From positions 2,046,001-2,110,000 of the forward strand of contig CAKKNE010000004.1 of the NCBI GenBank assembly GCA_918797485.1: 64,000 bases of DNA. The letters are read 5' to 3'. The notes beneath the pieces were generated by a model that was not told the origin of the DNA, did not search any database, and saw nothing but the letters and a program-made list of their open reading frames with translations. The position numbers were made by a program, and so were the translations under genes. Source of the DNA: Pelagomonas calceolata. Taxonomy: Eukaryota. Positions 29,566-39,229 of the stretch are shown here, one piece after another (the stretch's first letter is position 1; each line of letters begins with the position of its first letter).

Positions 29566-29614
29566 GTATGGTATGGTATGGTATGGTATGGTATGGTATG
29601 GTATGGGATGGTAT
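29566..29614. repeat. (GTATG)n pentanucleotide microsatellite, ~10 units
   Basis: Eight perfect GTATG units followed by GGATG and GTAT. Confidence 0.95.
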
Positions 29615-29808
29615 ATTTGAAAATCAAACAAAGCAGGCTAAAACACGGTATACTCGGCGCCTGCTGGCCGTCAAATACGTCTCGGCTTAAACGTAGCTCC
29701 AAGACGCTGTGCGTCGACGCTTGCCTGCAAAGCAGCGGCACCGCGCGACCTCTTGCCGCTTAACACCACGCTGCTCTCCCAAAACCGCTGCTCCAGTAAA
29801 CAAGCACG

Positions 29809-31956
29809 ATGCTCTCGGACTGCTACAGCGACCTCGTCCCCGAGACGGGCGAGCGGCTCTGCTGCTACGACGACGTCGACGACGCGGCGCCGCGCCTGCC
29901 GCTCGCGACGGCATCCTTCGACGAGGCGGCGGATCGTTTGGTCGTGGGCGACGCCGCCGGCGTGGTCTGGGAGATTGACGGCGGCGCCAAGGGCGCGCTC
30001 GAGACGCACCATCAACTTAGTGATGCGCCGCTCACGCGCCTGGAGGCCGTGTTCCGTCTGCCGGGCTCGGTCAACGAGCCCGCGCGGCCGGGCGCCACGG
30101 GCGGCCGGCCGTGGGCCGTGGCGCGCTGCGTCCGGGGAACGAGAAATGGAGACGTCCTGCTGGTCGGCGCGGCGCGGCGCGACGTCTGCGTCGCGTCCCT
30201 GAAGGGCGTTTCTTCGCTAAGCAACAAGAACACGTTCCTGGGCGGCGCATCTGTCAGAGTCGTCTGTAGGCACGAAAGACGCATCACGTGCGTGTCCGAG
30301 GCGTCGACGGTCGCCGTCGCGACGGGCGACGTGTCCGGCGATGTGAGAGTTGCGGCGCTGTCGTGCGACGCGCTCGGTACGGGATATGACGCCGCGGATC
30401 CGCTGAACGTGGAGCGGCGCGCGCGAAGCGAGGAGACCATGGCGAATGCCGATTTATTATTAGATCAGGGCACGGCCCAGGCGCCGCGCGCCCACCAGGG
30501 CGCCGTGACCGCCGTTTACCTCGTAAGAGACCCGCTCGACGCGCGCGTGGTCATTTCTTGCGGTGTCGATGCGAAGGTGCGGGTCTGGGCCTTCGGCCAG
30601 GCCGAAGGTGTTTTTGCGCTGACGCTCGCGCGCCAATTGAGCACGGGCGAACACACGCCGACGTCTATATGTCCATTAAAACGCACGGAGATGCTGCTCG
30701 CCGTGGGCCACGCCGAAGGGTTGGTGAGCGTCTGGGCCGTCGACGAGGACGAGCCTTCATTAAGATCGCTCTGCGACGACGGGGGGCGCCGCGTCGTCCG
30801 GCTCGAGGCGCGCGAGGCGGCCGTCGTCGCGACGGACGACCAGGGCTCGATCATGAGTTTCGGCCTCGAGAAGGGCGGCTCGCTCGTGCCCATGGGCTCG
30901 ATGAAAGGAGAGGCGCCTTATTTGGCGCTCCGCGGGCTGGCGGAGGCCGGCGGCCCGACGGCCGTCGCCGCCGACGGCGCCCTCCTCCAGCCCTTCGCGC
31001 CGCCGCGCGCGCCGCCGCCCGAGGCCGAGGACGTCTTCGAGCGGCTCTCGCGGCCGACGACGCCGCGGCGGAGCCGCTCGCCGTCGTCTACATCGCGGTC
31101 GCCGCGCCGCTACGCGTCGCCGCCGCGGTCGCCTCCGCCGCCGGCGCTCTTCGAGGCCGAAGCGCCGGCTTCGCCTCGCGGCGTCGCCTCGCCGTCTGCC
31201 CGCCGGCCGCCAGCGGCGGCGACGCCGCCGCGCCGCCCGTCGGCGTCGCCGCGGACCTCGCTGTCGCCGCGCCGCGCGCCGCCGCGCGGCCGCGGCGCCG
31301 CGAAGCCGGCGCCGGCGCGGCCGGCGGCGGGCCCGCGGCGGCCCCGGCGGTCCGCGAGCCCACGGCGGTCCCTGTCGAGCACGCGGCGATCGCTTTCGCC
31401 GGAGGCCGCGCCGCGCGGCCGCGCGCCGACGCCGGCCGCGGCGCCCGTGAGGCGCAGAAGCCGCGCGCCCTCTCCGCCCCCGCCGCCCGGCAACCCGCCG
31501 CGGTCCGAATGCGCCTCGGCCTTCGCGCATGCACCGCCGCCGGGCGGCGACCGCACGCTCGACGATTTGCGCGTCGAGGAGGCCGTCGCGCGGGCGCGGG
31601 CCCTCGCCACGAAGCAAAAGGAGGCCGAGGCCGCGGTCAAAGCCCGGGCCCGCGACTACGTCGATGCCCAGTCCCGGCGCCAGCGGGCCTACGAGGCGCC
31701 CGAGAACCTGGTGCCCGTCGGCCTCGACGCCCAACCTCGTAGACGCGTCGTGCCCAAGCAGGTCGACGGCAAGTGGCTCGCGCGCCTCGACGCGCTCCGG
31801 CCACGCGAGGCCGACTTCCCCCTGCCCGACGACGGCGCCGACGCGCTCGCTGCTCGCATTCCCGCGCCGTCGGCACCACGGGTGCGCGCCCAGCTCGCGC
31901 GCCTCGACGACGCGCTCGGCGACGCGGCGTACGCGTTTCCCGCGCTCGCGTTTTGA
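29809..31956 (+). CDS. WD40-repeat protein with long Pro/Arg/Ser-rich (SP-repeat) disordered C-terminus
   Basis: RHERRITCV, AHQGAVTAV...ISCGVDAKVRVW, LAVGHAEGLVSVW; numerous SPRR/SPPR motifs. Start uncertain. Confidence 0.7.
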   Translation: MLSDCYSDLVPETGERLCCYDDVDDAAPRLPLATASFDEAADRLVVGDAAGVVWEIDGGAKGALETHHQLSDAPLTRLEAVFRLPGSVNEPARPGATGGRPWAVARCVRGTRNGDVLLVGAARRDVCVASLKGVSSLSNKNTFLGGASVRVVCRHERRITCVSEASTVAVATGDVSGDVRVAALSCDALGTGYDAADPLNVERRARSEETMANADLLLDQGTAQAPRAHQGAVTAVYLVRDPLDARVVISCGVDAKVRVWAFGQAEGVFALTLARQLSTGEHTPTSICPLKRTEMLLAVGHAEGLVSVWAVDEDEPSLRSLCDDGGRRVVRLEAREAAVVATDDQGSIMSFGLEKGGSLVPMGSMKGEAPYLALRGLAEAGGPTAVAADGALLQPFAPPRAPPPEAEDVFERLSRPTTPRRSRSPSSTSRSPRRYASPPRSPPPPALFEAEAPASPRGVASPSARRPPAAATPPRRPSASPRTSLSPRRAPPRGRGAAKPAPARPAAGPRRPRRSASPRRSLSSTRRSLSPEAAPRGRAPTPAAAPVRRRSRAPSPPPPPGNPPRSECASAFAHAPPPGGDRTLDDLRVEEAVARARALATKQKEAEAAVKARARDYVDAQSRRQRAYEAPENLVPVGLDAQPRRRVVPKQVDGKWLARLDALRPREADFPLPDDGADALAARIPAPSAPRVRAQLARLDDALGDAAYAFPALAF

Positions 31957-32248
31957 GTGAGGAGTTCCCCTTTTCCCCCCGTAATGCATTGCATACTTGA
32001 TTCACTTTTTTGCTTTGCTTAGTAGAGCAGGCCGCCTAGCTTTTTACGGTGCTAGGACTAATAGCAGACATCGTTTGCTAGTGTATTGACACACTAGACT
32101 AACCTCGCAGCAGAGAAGCGCTGCAAAAGCGTGCATACTGACATCCCTACGTCTCACCTAGGGCAGCGTTGCATCGCATTACTGCCATCATACGGCCGGG
32201 CTGTCGTTTACCATCTCACGTTCATGCGTTGACTACTTGTGAGACACG

Positions 32249-33763
32249 ATGCATCATATGATAAGCACTTTCAGTGCAGCCGCAGCCTTGTCCTCGGTCG
32301 CGCAAGGCCTGGCGCCGCCGCGGGGCGCCGTGCGGCTCTCAAGCACGTCGTCGAAAATGCAGGGCCTGGCGCCGCCGCGCACTAATGTGCGCCTCGCGAG
32401 CACGCTCTTCGACGACGTGCCCGTCACCCCTCTATACCGCGCGCCGGGCAGCGCCTTCCAGGGCATGCCCTCGACGCCGGGCTGGGAGTCCGGCCGCCTC
32501 GACGAGCTCACGGACTGGGCCACGAGCGACCGCGCGAACCGGCCGGTCATGTGCGAGTATAGGTCGGAGGGCGGCTGGCTCTGGTCGAAGTGGCGCGGCA
32601 CCGTGCTCCAGATGGTCCTCGTGCCGGTGCTCGCGTCGATGTCGCTCACCGTTACGACGGACATCCTGGCGCACGCGTTTTCGGAGGCGGACTGGTCGCT
32701 CTTCGGCGTGCCGCCGGCGGAGGACGCTTTGATCTCGCAGCTGCGCGGTTTAGCGACGCTCTGGGAGTACCAGCTCACGCTGACGATCTTCGTGCTGACG
32801 TTCTTCACCCAACAAGCCTACGCGCACTACCGGTCGGTCTATTTTTGTGCAAGAGCCATCCAGGGGCGCATCAACGACGTCTGTCTGTTGTTGGCTGTCG
32901 GTGCTACTCGTGGTGAGGTCGAGGGTGCGACCTCGACCTATTCGGACGACGGCGCGGCGCTCGTGACGCTTTGTGCGCGCTTGATACGATTATGTCACAC
33001 GTTCTTCTGGGCAACGACGCCCACCACCTCAGACGGCGTGGGCGACGGCGGCCTGGTGGACGGCGACGGCCCCACGGACCTCGAGCCGTCCGAGCGCGTC
33101 CAGGCGGGCCCCGAGCTCCTGAGCCCGCAAGGGCTTCGAAGCTTGGTGGCCGCCGGGCAGCTCACCGCGAACGAGCGGACGGCCCTGCTCAAGACGGGCC
33201 TGCCGCCGTCCCAGTACTGGTGCGTGCTGCTCGAGTGGGTCGGCCAGTATGCGCTCGAAGGCGTGGACCACGCGGCGCTCCGCGACTCTCCCGGCTTCGA
33301 GGAGAGATTGTTAAGGGAGCTGACGCAGATCCGGGCAGAGATGTTCTCGATCGGCGACTTCCAGGCGGGGCGCATGCCCTTGGCTTATGTACAGCTTGTA
33401 CAAGTGCTAGTTGATTCGCTGGTCATCATCGCGCCCGTCGCTTTGTACGCGAAGCTCGGCGCGCTGTCCATACCACTATGCGGCCTGCTCACGTTTTTTT
33501 TCAAGGGCCTCCTGGAGCTCTCGAAGTCCTTCCTGGACCCCTTCGGGAACGAAGGGTTTCCCGGCCAGAATATCCGCGTCGACGTGCTCGTGTCGGAACT
33601 GAATTTTGGGGCGCAGTCGCGGTGGTCGGCCGCAGGAGCGGTGTTGCCGGAGCGGGACCGCGACGGGCCGCGGCCTTTGGATACTGTACTGGAATACTGC
33701 TCGGCGTGGCCCGACGACCCGGGGTGCGAGGCCGACGCCGTCGCCGCGACGGGGGACGGGTAA
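32249..33763 (+). CDS. Bestrophin-family channel, probably plastid-targeted
   Basis: WLWSKWRGTVL, FVLTFFTQQAY..YR, MPLAYVQLVQVLVD, FFKGLLELSKSFLDPFGNE; bipartite-like presequence. Confidence 0.85.
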   Translation: MHHMISTFSAAAALSSVAQGLAPPRGAVRLSSTSSKMQGLAPPRTNVRLASTLFDDVPVTPLYRAPGSAFQGMPSTPGWESGRLDELTDWATSDRANRPVMCEYRSEGGWLWSKWRGTVLQMVLVPVLASMSLTVTTDILAHAFSEADWSLFGVPPAEDALISQLRGLATLWEYQLTLTIFVLTFFTQQAYAHYRSVYFCARAIQGRINDVCLLLAVGATRGEVEGATSTYSDDGAALVTLCARLIRLCHTFFWATTPTTSDGVGDGGLVDGDGPTDLEPSERVQAGPELLSPQGLRSLVAAGQLTANERTALLKTGLPPSQYWCVLLEWVGQYALEGVDHAALRDSPGFEERLLRELTQIRAEMFSIGDFQAGRMPLAYVQLVQVLVDSLVIIAPVALYAKLGALSIPLCGLLTFFFKGLLELSKSFLDPFGNEGFPGQNIRVDVLVSELNFGAQSRWSAAGAVLPERDRDGPRPLDTVLEYCSAWPDDPGCEADAVAATGDG

Positions 33764-33813
33764 AAATTGATGATCGAACCCAGTGTCACGAGTTATCCTC
33801 GAGAATGCTACAG

Positions 33814-33832
33814 GCTAGTGTCTTACAGCTAG
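33814..33832. promoter_or_regulatory. Recurrent upstream element (short spacer)
   Basis: gctagtgtcttacagctag about 65-80 bp upstream of ATG 33895. Confidence 0.55.
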
Positions 33833-33894
33833 TTAATCTTGAGGCAGAGCTAGCGGGCGATGTAACTGTATAACTGCACACAGAAGCAGTAACC

Positions 33895-34551
33895 ATGCCA
33901 AAGAAGTCGCAGAGCAAAGCACCAGCCAAAAGAAAGACCGTCGACAAGAAAAAGGCCAAGCAGCCCAGGCAGGAGCGAACCGAGCCGGAGGAGCCCGAGC
34001 TCGTCCTCGCGCAGAGCGCCGAGGTCACGCACGAAAGCGGCGTCTTGGATGATGCCGCCGTCGTCGAGGCCCTCGGCCAGACGGAGGGCGAGGCGCTGGA
34101 CGCGTTCGCGGCGACGACGTCCGCGCCGCTCGGCGCTGTTGCTGGTGCAGCTTTAGGGAACGCGCGCTGCCGCGTGTTGGATTTGAGGCAATGCCCGCTA
34201 AATGACGCGGGCGACGCGGCATTTAGGGAGGCCCTCTCCACCAATAACACGATCGTGGCAGTGCGGACGGCCGTGAACCTCGACGACGTCGCGGCGACGC
34301 GATTGACGAATGGGTTGCCTCCCTTAATAGTCACGGACGAGGACTCCGAGGACGATAGCGAAGACGAGGAGGAAGAGGGCGTCTACTGCGACGGCGCGAA
34401 GTGCGGCAAGCTATTGGCGGGAGACGCGGAGGTCTTTACGGACGGCACGCGCGACTTCTGCGCCTCGTGCAAGGGTTCGAAGCGGGGCCTGCGGCGCGCG
34501 CTCGCGCGGGACCGCTTCGCGGACGCGGTCCTGGCGGACATGAGTAGCTAA
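33895..34551 (+). CDS. Hypothetical protein: Lys-rich N-terminus, RNI-like LRR fragment, acidic tract, ZZ-like Zn finger
   Basis: RVLDLRQCPLNDAGDAAFREALSTNNTI; VYCDGAKC...DFCASC. Confidence 0.65.
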   Translation: MPKKSQSKAPAKRKTVDKKKAKQPRQERTEPEEPELVLAQSAEVTHESGVLDDAAVVEALGQTEGEALDAFAATTSAPLGAVAGAALGNARCRVLDLRQCPLNDAGDAAFREALSTNNTIVAVRTAVNLDDVAATRLTNGLPPLIVTDEDSEDDSEDEEEEGVYCDGAKCGKLLAGDAEVFTDGTRDFCASCKGSKRGLRRALARDRFADAVLADMSS

Positions 34552-34621
34552 GTTAGTTTGCTTAGAGAGCTTAACCCTCATACGCCGTCGCGCCGAGTGT
34601 TTGCTGTAGTGTTACGCGGGC

Positions 34622-35764
34622 CTACTTCTCCGCCTTTTCCTTGTCATCCTTGTCGCGGGAGCGGCTGCGCGAGCGGTCCTTCTCCTGGCCCTTGTCGCGG
34701 GAGCGGCTGCGCGACCGCGAGCGGCTGCGCGAGCCCTTGCCGTCGTCGCTCGACGACACGCTCTCGCCGCGCTCCTGGCGCTCGCGCTTCTCGCGGGCCT
34801 TGCGCCACTTCTTCTTGTAGCGCTTCTCCAGGTCCTTTCTCAACGAGCGCGACGGCGTGCGAATGTGCATGAAGTTGCAGTAGCCGCCGCGCGTGCACAC
34901 CGCCTCGTCGTACTGGCGGCAGCGCGCCTCGCGGAAGTCCGTCACGGGCGAGAACTCGCAGACGAGCGGCCGGCCCGCGTAGAAGCGGCCGAAGAGCGCC
35001 TTGAGCGCCGCGTCCGAGTGCTCCTCGTCCGCGAACTTGCAGTAGACGTTGCCGACCATGTGGTCGCCCAGGTTCTCGCAGACGTTGAGCTCCTCGATCT
35101 CGCCGTAGCCGGCGAGCTCGTCGTAGACCTCCTCGTAGAAGTCGTCGAACTCCTCCTGGACCTTCTTCGGGTCGAGCTGCGACGGGTCGCCGCCGGCCGC
35201 CGCGATCTGCGACGCCGGGTTCTGGTACATGTGCTGCACGATCATCGTCTGCGAGAAGGGCGGCTTGTGGTGCTGGCGCGAGCACCGGTCGCCGTGGCGG
35301 CACGCGCCGATCTTGAAGTAGAACGGGCAGTTCACCTTGTCCTCCTCCGTGCCGTGGATGCGCGCGAGATGCGTCGCGCCGCCGCGCGCGCCGCCCAGCT
35401 CGCGGTCGCGCCAGTTCCTTCCGGCGTCTCGCGACGAGTCGTAGCGGTTGCCGCCGTAGCCGCCGCCGCCTCCTCGTGGCGGGCCGCCCCCGCCGTAGCC
35501 GCCTCCGCCGCCGTAACCCCCTCCGCCGCCTCCATAGTGGCCGCCACCTCCTCCGTAGCGGTCCCCGCCGCCGCCGCCTCTTCTATCGTCATAGCGTCCG
35601 CCGCCGCCGCCTCCGTAGCCGCCCCCGCCGCCGCGGTACGTGTCGTTCGAGCCGTAGCCGCCGGCGCCGCCGCGGTAGCGATCGCCGCCGCCGTAGCGAT
35701 CGCCTCCGCCCCCCCTTCTGTCATCGTAGCGTCCGCCACCGCCGCCGCCTCCGTAGTGCGACAT
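34622..35764 (-). CDS. U2AF1: Splicing factor U2AF small subunit (U2AF35) with Gly/Arg/Tyr-rich N-terminal extension
   Basis: HGTEEDKVNCPFYFKIGACRHGDRCSRQH, UHM (NVCENLGDHMVGNVYCKF), SPVTDFREARCRQY..CTRGGYCNFMH, RS tail. Confidence 0.97.
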   Translation of the reverse strand: MSHYGGGGGGGRYDDRRGGGGDRYGGGDRYRGGAGGYGSNDTYRGGGGGYGGGGGGRYDDRRGGGGGDRYGGGGGHYGGGGGGYGGGGGYGGGGPPRGGGGGYGGNRYDSSRDAGRNWRDRELGGARGGATHLARIHGTEEDKVNCPFYFKIGACRHGDRCSRQHHKPPFSQTMIVQHMYQNPASQIAAAGGDPSQLDPKKVQEEFDDFYEEVYDELAGYGEIEELNVCENLGDHMVGNVYCKFADEEHSDAALKALFGRFYAGRPLVCEFSPVTDFREARCRQYDEAVCTRGGYCNFMHIRTPSRSLRKDLEKRYKKKWRKAREKRERQERGESVSSSDDGKGSRSRSRSRSRSRDKGQEKDRSRSRSRDKDDKEKAEK

Positions 35765-35941
35765 GCTGGCGCTGCTCCAGAGAGCTCTCTTTCAGGGAGA
35801 ATGCGCTTTGCGAGTACGGCGTACGCAGGGCACGCGCGCTGGCAGTAGTTGATGATTATGACTTGACGCAGCCGGTTTGGCAGTTCCTGGGTCCACAGAG
35901 GACGCAAGAGAGGCCCGCGAGGCGAATCGAGCTCGGAGCCG

Positions 35942-35995
35942 CCTAGCGTCGTGTAAGGCACTAGCAAAATGCTAGTGTCTTTACACGACGCTAGC
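35942..35995. promoter_or_regulatory. Inverted pair of the recurrent upstream element in the U2AF1/SAS-4 divergent promoter
   Basis: cctagcgtcgtgtaaggcactagc-aaaat-gctagtgtctttacacgacgctagc. Confidence 0.65.
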
Positions 35996-36074
35996 TCAAA
36001 CAGGGCGCCTCGACGCGTTTGAAACGCCTGTGGCCTGGGTACGCTTCGGTAGCCGTCGTGATCTCCTTCGCGTC

Positions 36075-38156
36075 ATGTCGTCAGACAGGAGCGAAAGCCC
36101 TCCGCCGCCCGACTGGTCGCCGCCGGCGTCCGAGGCCGACGCGCGCGAAGTGCGCCAGAGCTTGGACAGCTACGCGCCGCCGCCTCCCGCGCGGGAAGCG
36201 CTGCGTTATAGCCAGGATAGCGCGCCGCCGCCGCCGCCGCCCGTGAGCCAGAGCGTGGACAGCTACGCGGCCGCGCGCACGAGCGTGGATAGCTACGCGG
36301 CCGCGCGCCAGAGCCAGGACAGCTACGCGCCGCCGCCGCCCCCGCCGCGAGTTAACCAAGAGCCAGCACCACCACCATGGGAAGACGACGACGACGACGA
36401 CGACGCGGCGCCGCGCGCGTGGCACGACACCGATGAAGACGCGGCGCCGCGCGCGCCGGACGCCGTCGACGACTTCGCGGCCGCGGACGCCTGGGCCCGC
36501 GAGGAACGAGTGGCGGCCGAGGAAGCCAAGGCCTTCGCGGCGCTCGCCGCCGACGGCCCGCCGCCGTGGGCCGACGACGACCCGGACGAGACGACGCTCT
36601 GGCAGAATTCGAAGGCTTCGAAGCCGGCCTGGGCTGATGACGACGAGGAAGGAGAAACGACGGCCCTGGACGACCTCGACGCCGCGCCGGTGAAGGCGAG
36701 GCGGTCGAGCGAGCAGCTCGAGCGCTTCTCGCGATTACGGAAGTCGCGCTCGCCCAAAAAGAAGACACCTGACGTGGATGAGGGACCGCCGCCGCAGTCG
36801 GCGCTCGTGGCCAAGCTGTTCGGGAAAAGGCCCGCGCCCAAGAAACCGGAGGCTCCGCCGCCACAACCGGTGCCATTATCCATGGAAGACCGGCAAGCCT
36901 TGGAAGGCGAACTCTCGAAAACCGAGGCCGAACTCGCAGAGGCGCGCGCGGCGTGCCGGAAGCTGCGCGCCGACGTCGACGCGGCGCAGCGCCGCGCGAC
37001 GGAATCGTTAGCGGAGCGGACGTCGGTCCGCAGCCAGCGCCAGAAGGAGCTCGATGAATGGATCGCGCGGGAGCGCGACGTCTGCAAGCGCGAGTCCCTC
37101 GCGCTGCATAGGGATCGACGCAGTCGTAGGGACGAGCGCGTCAATCTCGATCGGCAGAAGAAGAAGGAGGTCGAGCGGCTCAAGGAGGAGGCGGCGGCGT
37201 TAAGGGATCAATTAGAAGCTCGAGCGCGGCGCGACCGGTTGACCGAGCGGCGCCTGAGCGACCGCAACGCGCAAGCCGAGGCAAAAGCAAGGGAGCTCGC
37301 GACGCAGCTTTCCTTACTCGAGACGCAGAACGCCGAGGCCGCGGCCAAGCGCGCGCGGCGCGCGGCGGTGCGCGCGGCCGACCGCGACGCGTTTGGATTA
37401 AGGGCGGCCGAGGTCGCGGCTGCTAAAGCCGACGCCGAGGAGACGATGCGGACGCGGTCTTCATTAAATGAGGAGACGGCGGCGTCTTCACAACCATCAG
37501 AAACGTTCCTCGACCAGCCGACGACGTTCTTCGAGGCGGAAACGCGCCTCGAGGCCTCGTACGACGCGGGCCGCTACGCTTCGACCCCGCTGGACGAGGA
37601 GGACGACGACGCGTCGGACGACGGCGGCGACGATCGGAGCGCGTCGGCCGGCGACCCGCGCCGCAGCCAGGACAGCTTCGCGCTGCGCCGCAGCCAGGAC
37701 AGCGTCGCGCGGAGCCAGGACAGCTTCGCCGCGCCGCCCGCACCAATCCATCAATCCCAGACGGAGCCGGCCTGGCGGCCCGCGGGCCGCGACGGGAAAT
37801 TGGAGCGGGCCTGGGCCGATGGCACGCGCGAGGTGAAATATCGCAACGGCACGACGAAGCGGTGTTCCGCTTCCGGTGAAGTCGTGGTGTCCTTCCAGAA
37901 CGGGGATACGAAGACCACCTCGCCCGAGGGCACGGTCGTCTACTTCTACGCCGCGGCCGACACGACGCACACAACCGATGAACTGAACGGGATCGAGACC
38001 TTCGAGTTCCCGAACGGGCAGTTCGAGCGGCACTTTTCTTCTGGTGAAAAGGAAATTAGATTTCCGGACGGCACGGTCAAATTGGTTAGGGCTGATGGTG
38101 GGACGGAGACGACTTTTGCCGATGGGCAGGTTGTGGTCGAGGAGCCGCCCGAGTAA
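36075..38156 (+). CDS. CENPJ: Centriole protein SAS-4/CPAP (TCP10 C-terminal G-box domain)
   Basis: Coiled coil followed by DGTREVKYRNGTTK...VSFQNGDTK...VVYFYAAADTTHTT...FEFPNGQFERHFSSGEKEIRFPDGTVK. First ATG at 36075. Confidence 0.88.
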   Translation: MSSDRSESPPPPDWSPPASEADAREVRQSLDSYAPPPPAREALRYSQDSAPPPPPPVSQSVDSYAAARTSVDSYAAARQSQDSYAPPPPPPRVNQEPAPPPWEDDDDDDDAAPRAWHDTDEDAAPRAPDAVDDFAAADAWAREERVAAEEAKAFAALAADGPPPWADDDPDETTLWQNSKASKPAWADDDEEGETTALDDLDAAPVKARRSSEQLERFSRLRKSRSPKKKTPDVDEGPPPQSALVAKLFGKRPAPKKPEAPPPQPVPLSMEDRQALEGELSKTEAELAEARAACRKLRADVDAAQRRATESLAERTSVRSQRQKELDEWIARERDVCKRESLALHRDRRSRRDERVNLDRQKKKEVERLKEEAAALRDQLEARARRDRLTERRLSDRNAQAEAKARELATQLSLLETQNAEAAAKRARRAAVRAADRDAFGLRAAEVAAAKADAEETMRTRSSLNEETAASSQPSETFLDQPTTFFEAETRLEASYDAGRYASTPLDEEDDDASDDGGDDRSASAGDPRRSQDSFALRRSQDSVARSQDSFAAPPAPIHQSQTEPAWRPAGRDGKLERAWADGTREVKYRNGTTKRCSASGEVVVSFQNGDTKTTSPEGTVVYFYAAADTTHTTDELNGIETFEFPNGQFERHFSSGEKEIRFPDGTVKLVRADGGTETTFADGQVVVEEPPE

Positions 38157-38175
38157 ATTACTAGAAGCTATTCAG

Positions 38176-38994
38176 TTACTCCTCCTCCGACCGACGCGCC
38201 CGGGCGGCGCGAGTCCTCGTGGCCACCCCCGACGACGCCTCGCGGGCGCGGAGCGCGCCTCGCGCGTCTCGAAATCCTTTCTCAATCTGTAATGTGGCCG
38301 GATGCGCGCCACCGAACACACGCCGCGCGGTCCGTTCCACATCCTCCAGCGTCGCCACGGCCTCGCGGAGATCGTCGAGTGTTGCTCCGTCGTCCGTGTA
38401 GAGCACCTCGGCGTAAGTCCACCTCATCCTGAGCGTGAGATGATCATCCTGTCCCAGAACGCGTCGCGCCACTGGCATAGATTTGCGCAACAGTGCCTTG
38501 GCTTCTTCGAAGCGCCGCAGGTCACCAAGAGACATTGCGTAGTTGTTGGCTTCTAGGAGCGTTTCTCTATCTTCTTCGCCCCAGATATCCGAAGTTCTAG
38601 AGTATAGGTCTTCTCGCATATGCATTGACTCTTCTTCCCGTCCAAGTAATTCATACGTGTTCGCGAGATTGCTCTGCACGACGACAATTTGGTAATCTGG
38701 TGCGCCAAGGCGCCGCAGCATAGCCAACTCGGCCTCTCTCACGGACAACGCGTCCTCGAAGTGGGATGCAGCGTATAAACCGTTCCCAAGCGTCGTCATC
38801 GCGCGGCCCAGAGTTTCATCCGCTTCGGGCCGTCCCACGTAGGTCTTCCAGCACGCCCATCCGAGCGCGCAGATTACTGTGCCGTGATATTCTTGCTCGC
38901 ACAGACGGCACGTGTCCCACCGCTCAAAGCATTGCTCTCCGCCGCGCTCGACCGCGACCTCCGCCTGCCGCGCCAGACAGGCAACGTGCGCGAC
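38176..38994 (-). pseudogene. 3' half of a MYND-RING-TPR family gene (begins mid-RING)
   Basis: Open frame VAHVACLARQAEVAVERG...RWDTCRLCEQEYHG..CALGWACWKTYVGRPE...SNLANTY...RRVFGGAHP, homologous to 3220-4380; no start codon or MYND upstream. Confidence 0.8.
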
Positions 38995-39229
38995 GACGCG
39001 TGGTGCAACGACGTCTCGGCGGCGCTCACACCGCTCACACTACTTCCTTGTGCGGGCGCGGGTGCCGGCCGGTAGGCGGCCAATAAGGTGAGTGTTTGAA
39101 AGTAGAGCGCAATTGCGCATGCGCAGAGCTGCATACGAGCGCGCGCTGGGCACCGCGGCCAGCAGCATCGATAACGCTCTCCCGCGAGCATCGCCTGGCC
39201 GCCGCCGCCGCCGCAATTGGCGCAGCAGC

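Noticed and set aside
29566..29614. Interstitial telomere repeat
   Set aside because: GTATG does not match TTAGGG/TTTAGGG-type repeats.
30558..31989. Several 390-410 aa ORFs over the WD40 gene tail
   Set aside because: Extreme-GC low-complexity shadows.
27729..32058. GTGCTAGGAC 10-mer at ~27730, ~27790 and ~32049
   Set aside because: Only three short copies; insufficient to call a regulatory element.
35440..35760. GCC/GTA-rich repeats as a CRISPR array or non-coding satellite
   Set aside because: They encode the Gly/Tyr-rich N-terminus of U2AF35; no repeat-spacer structure.
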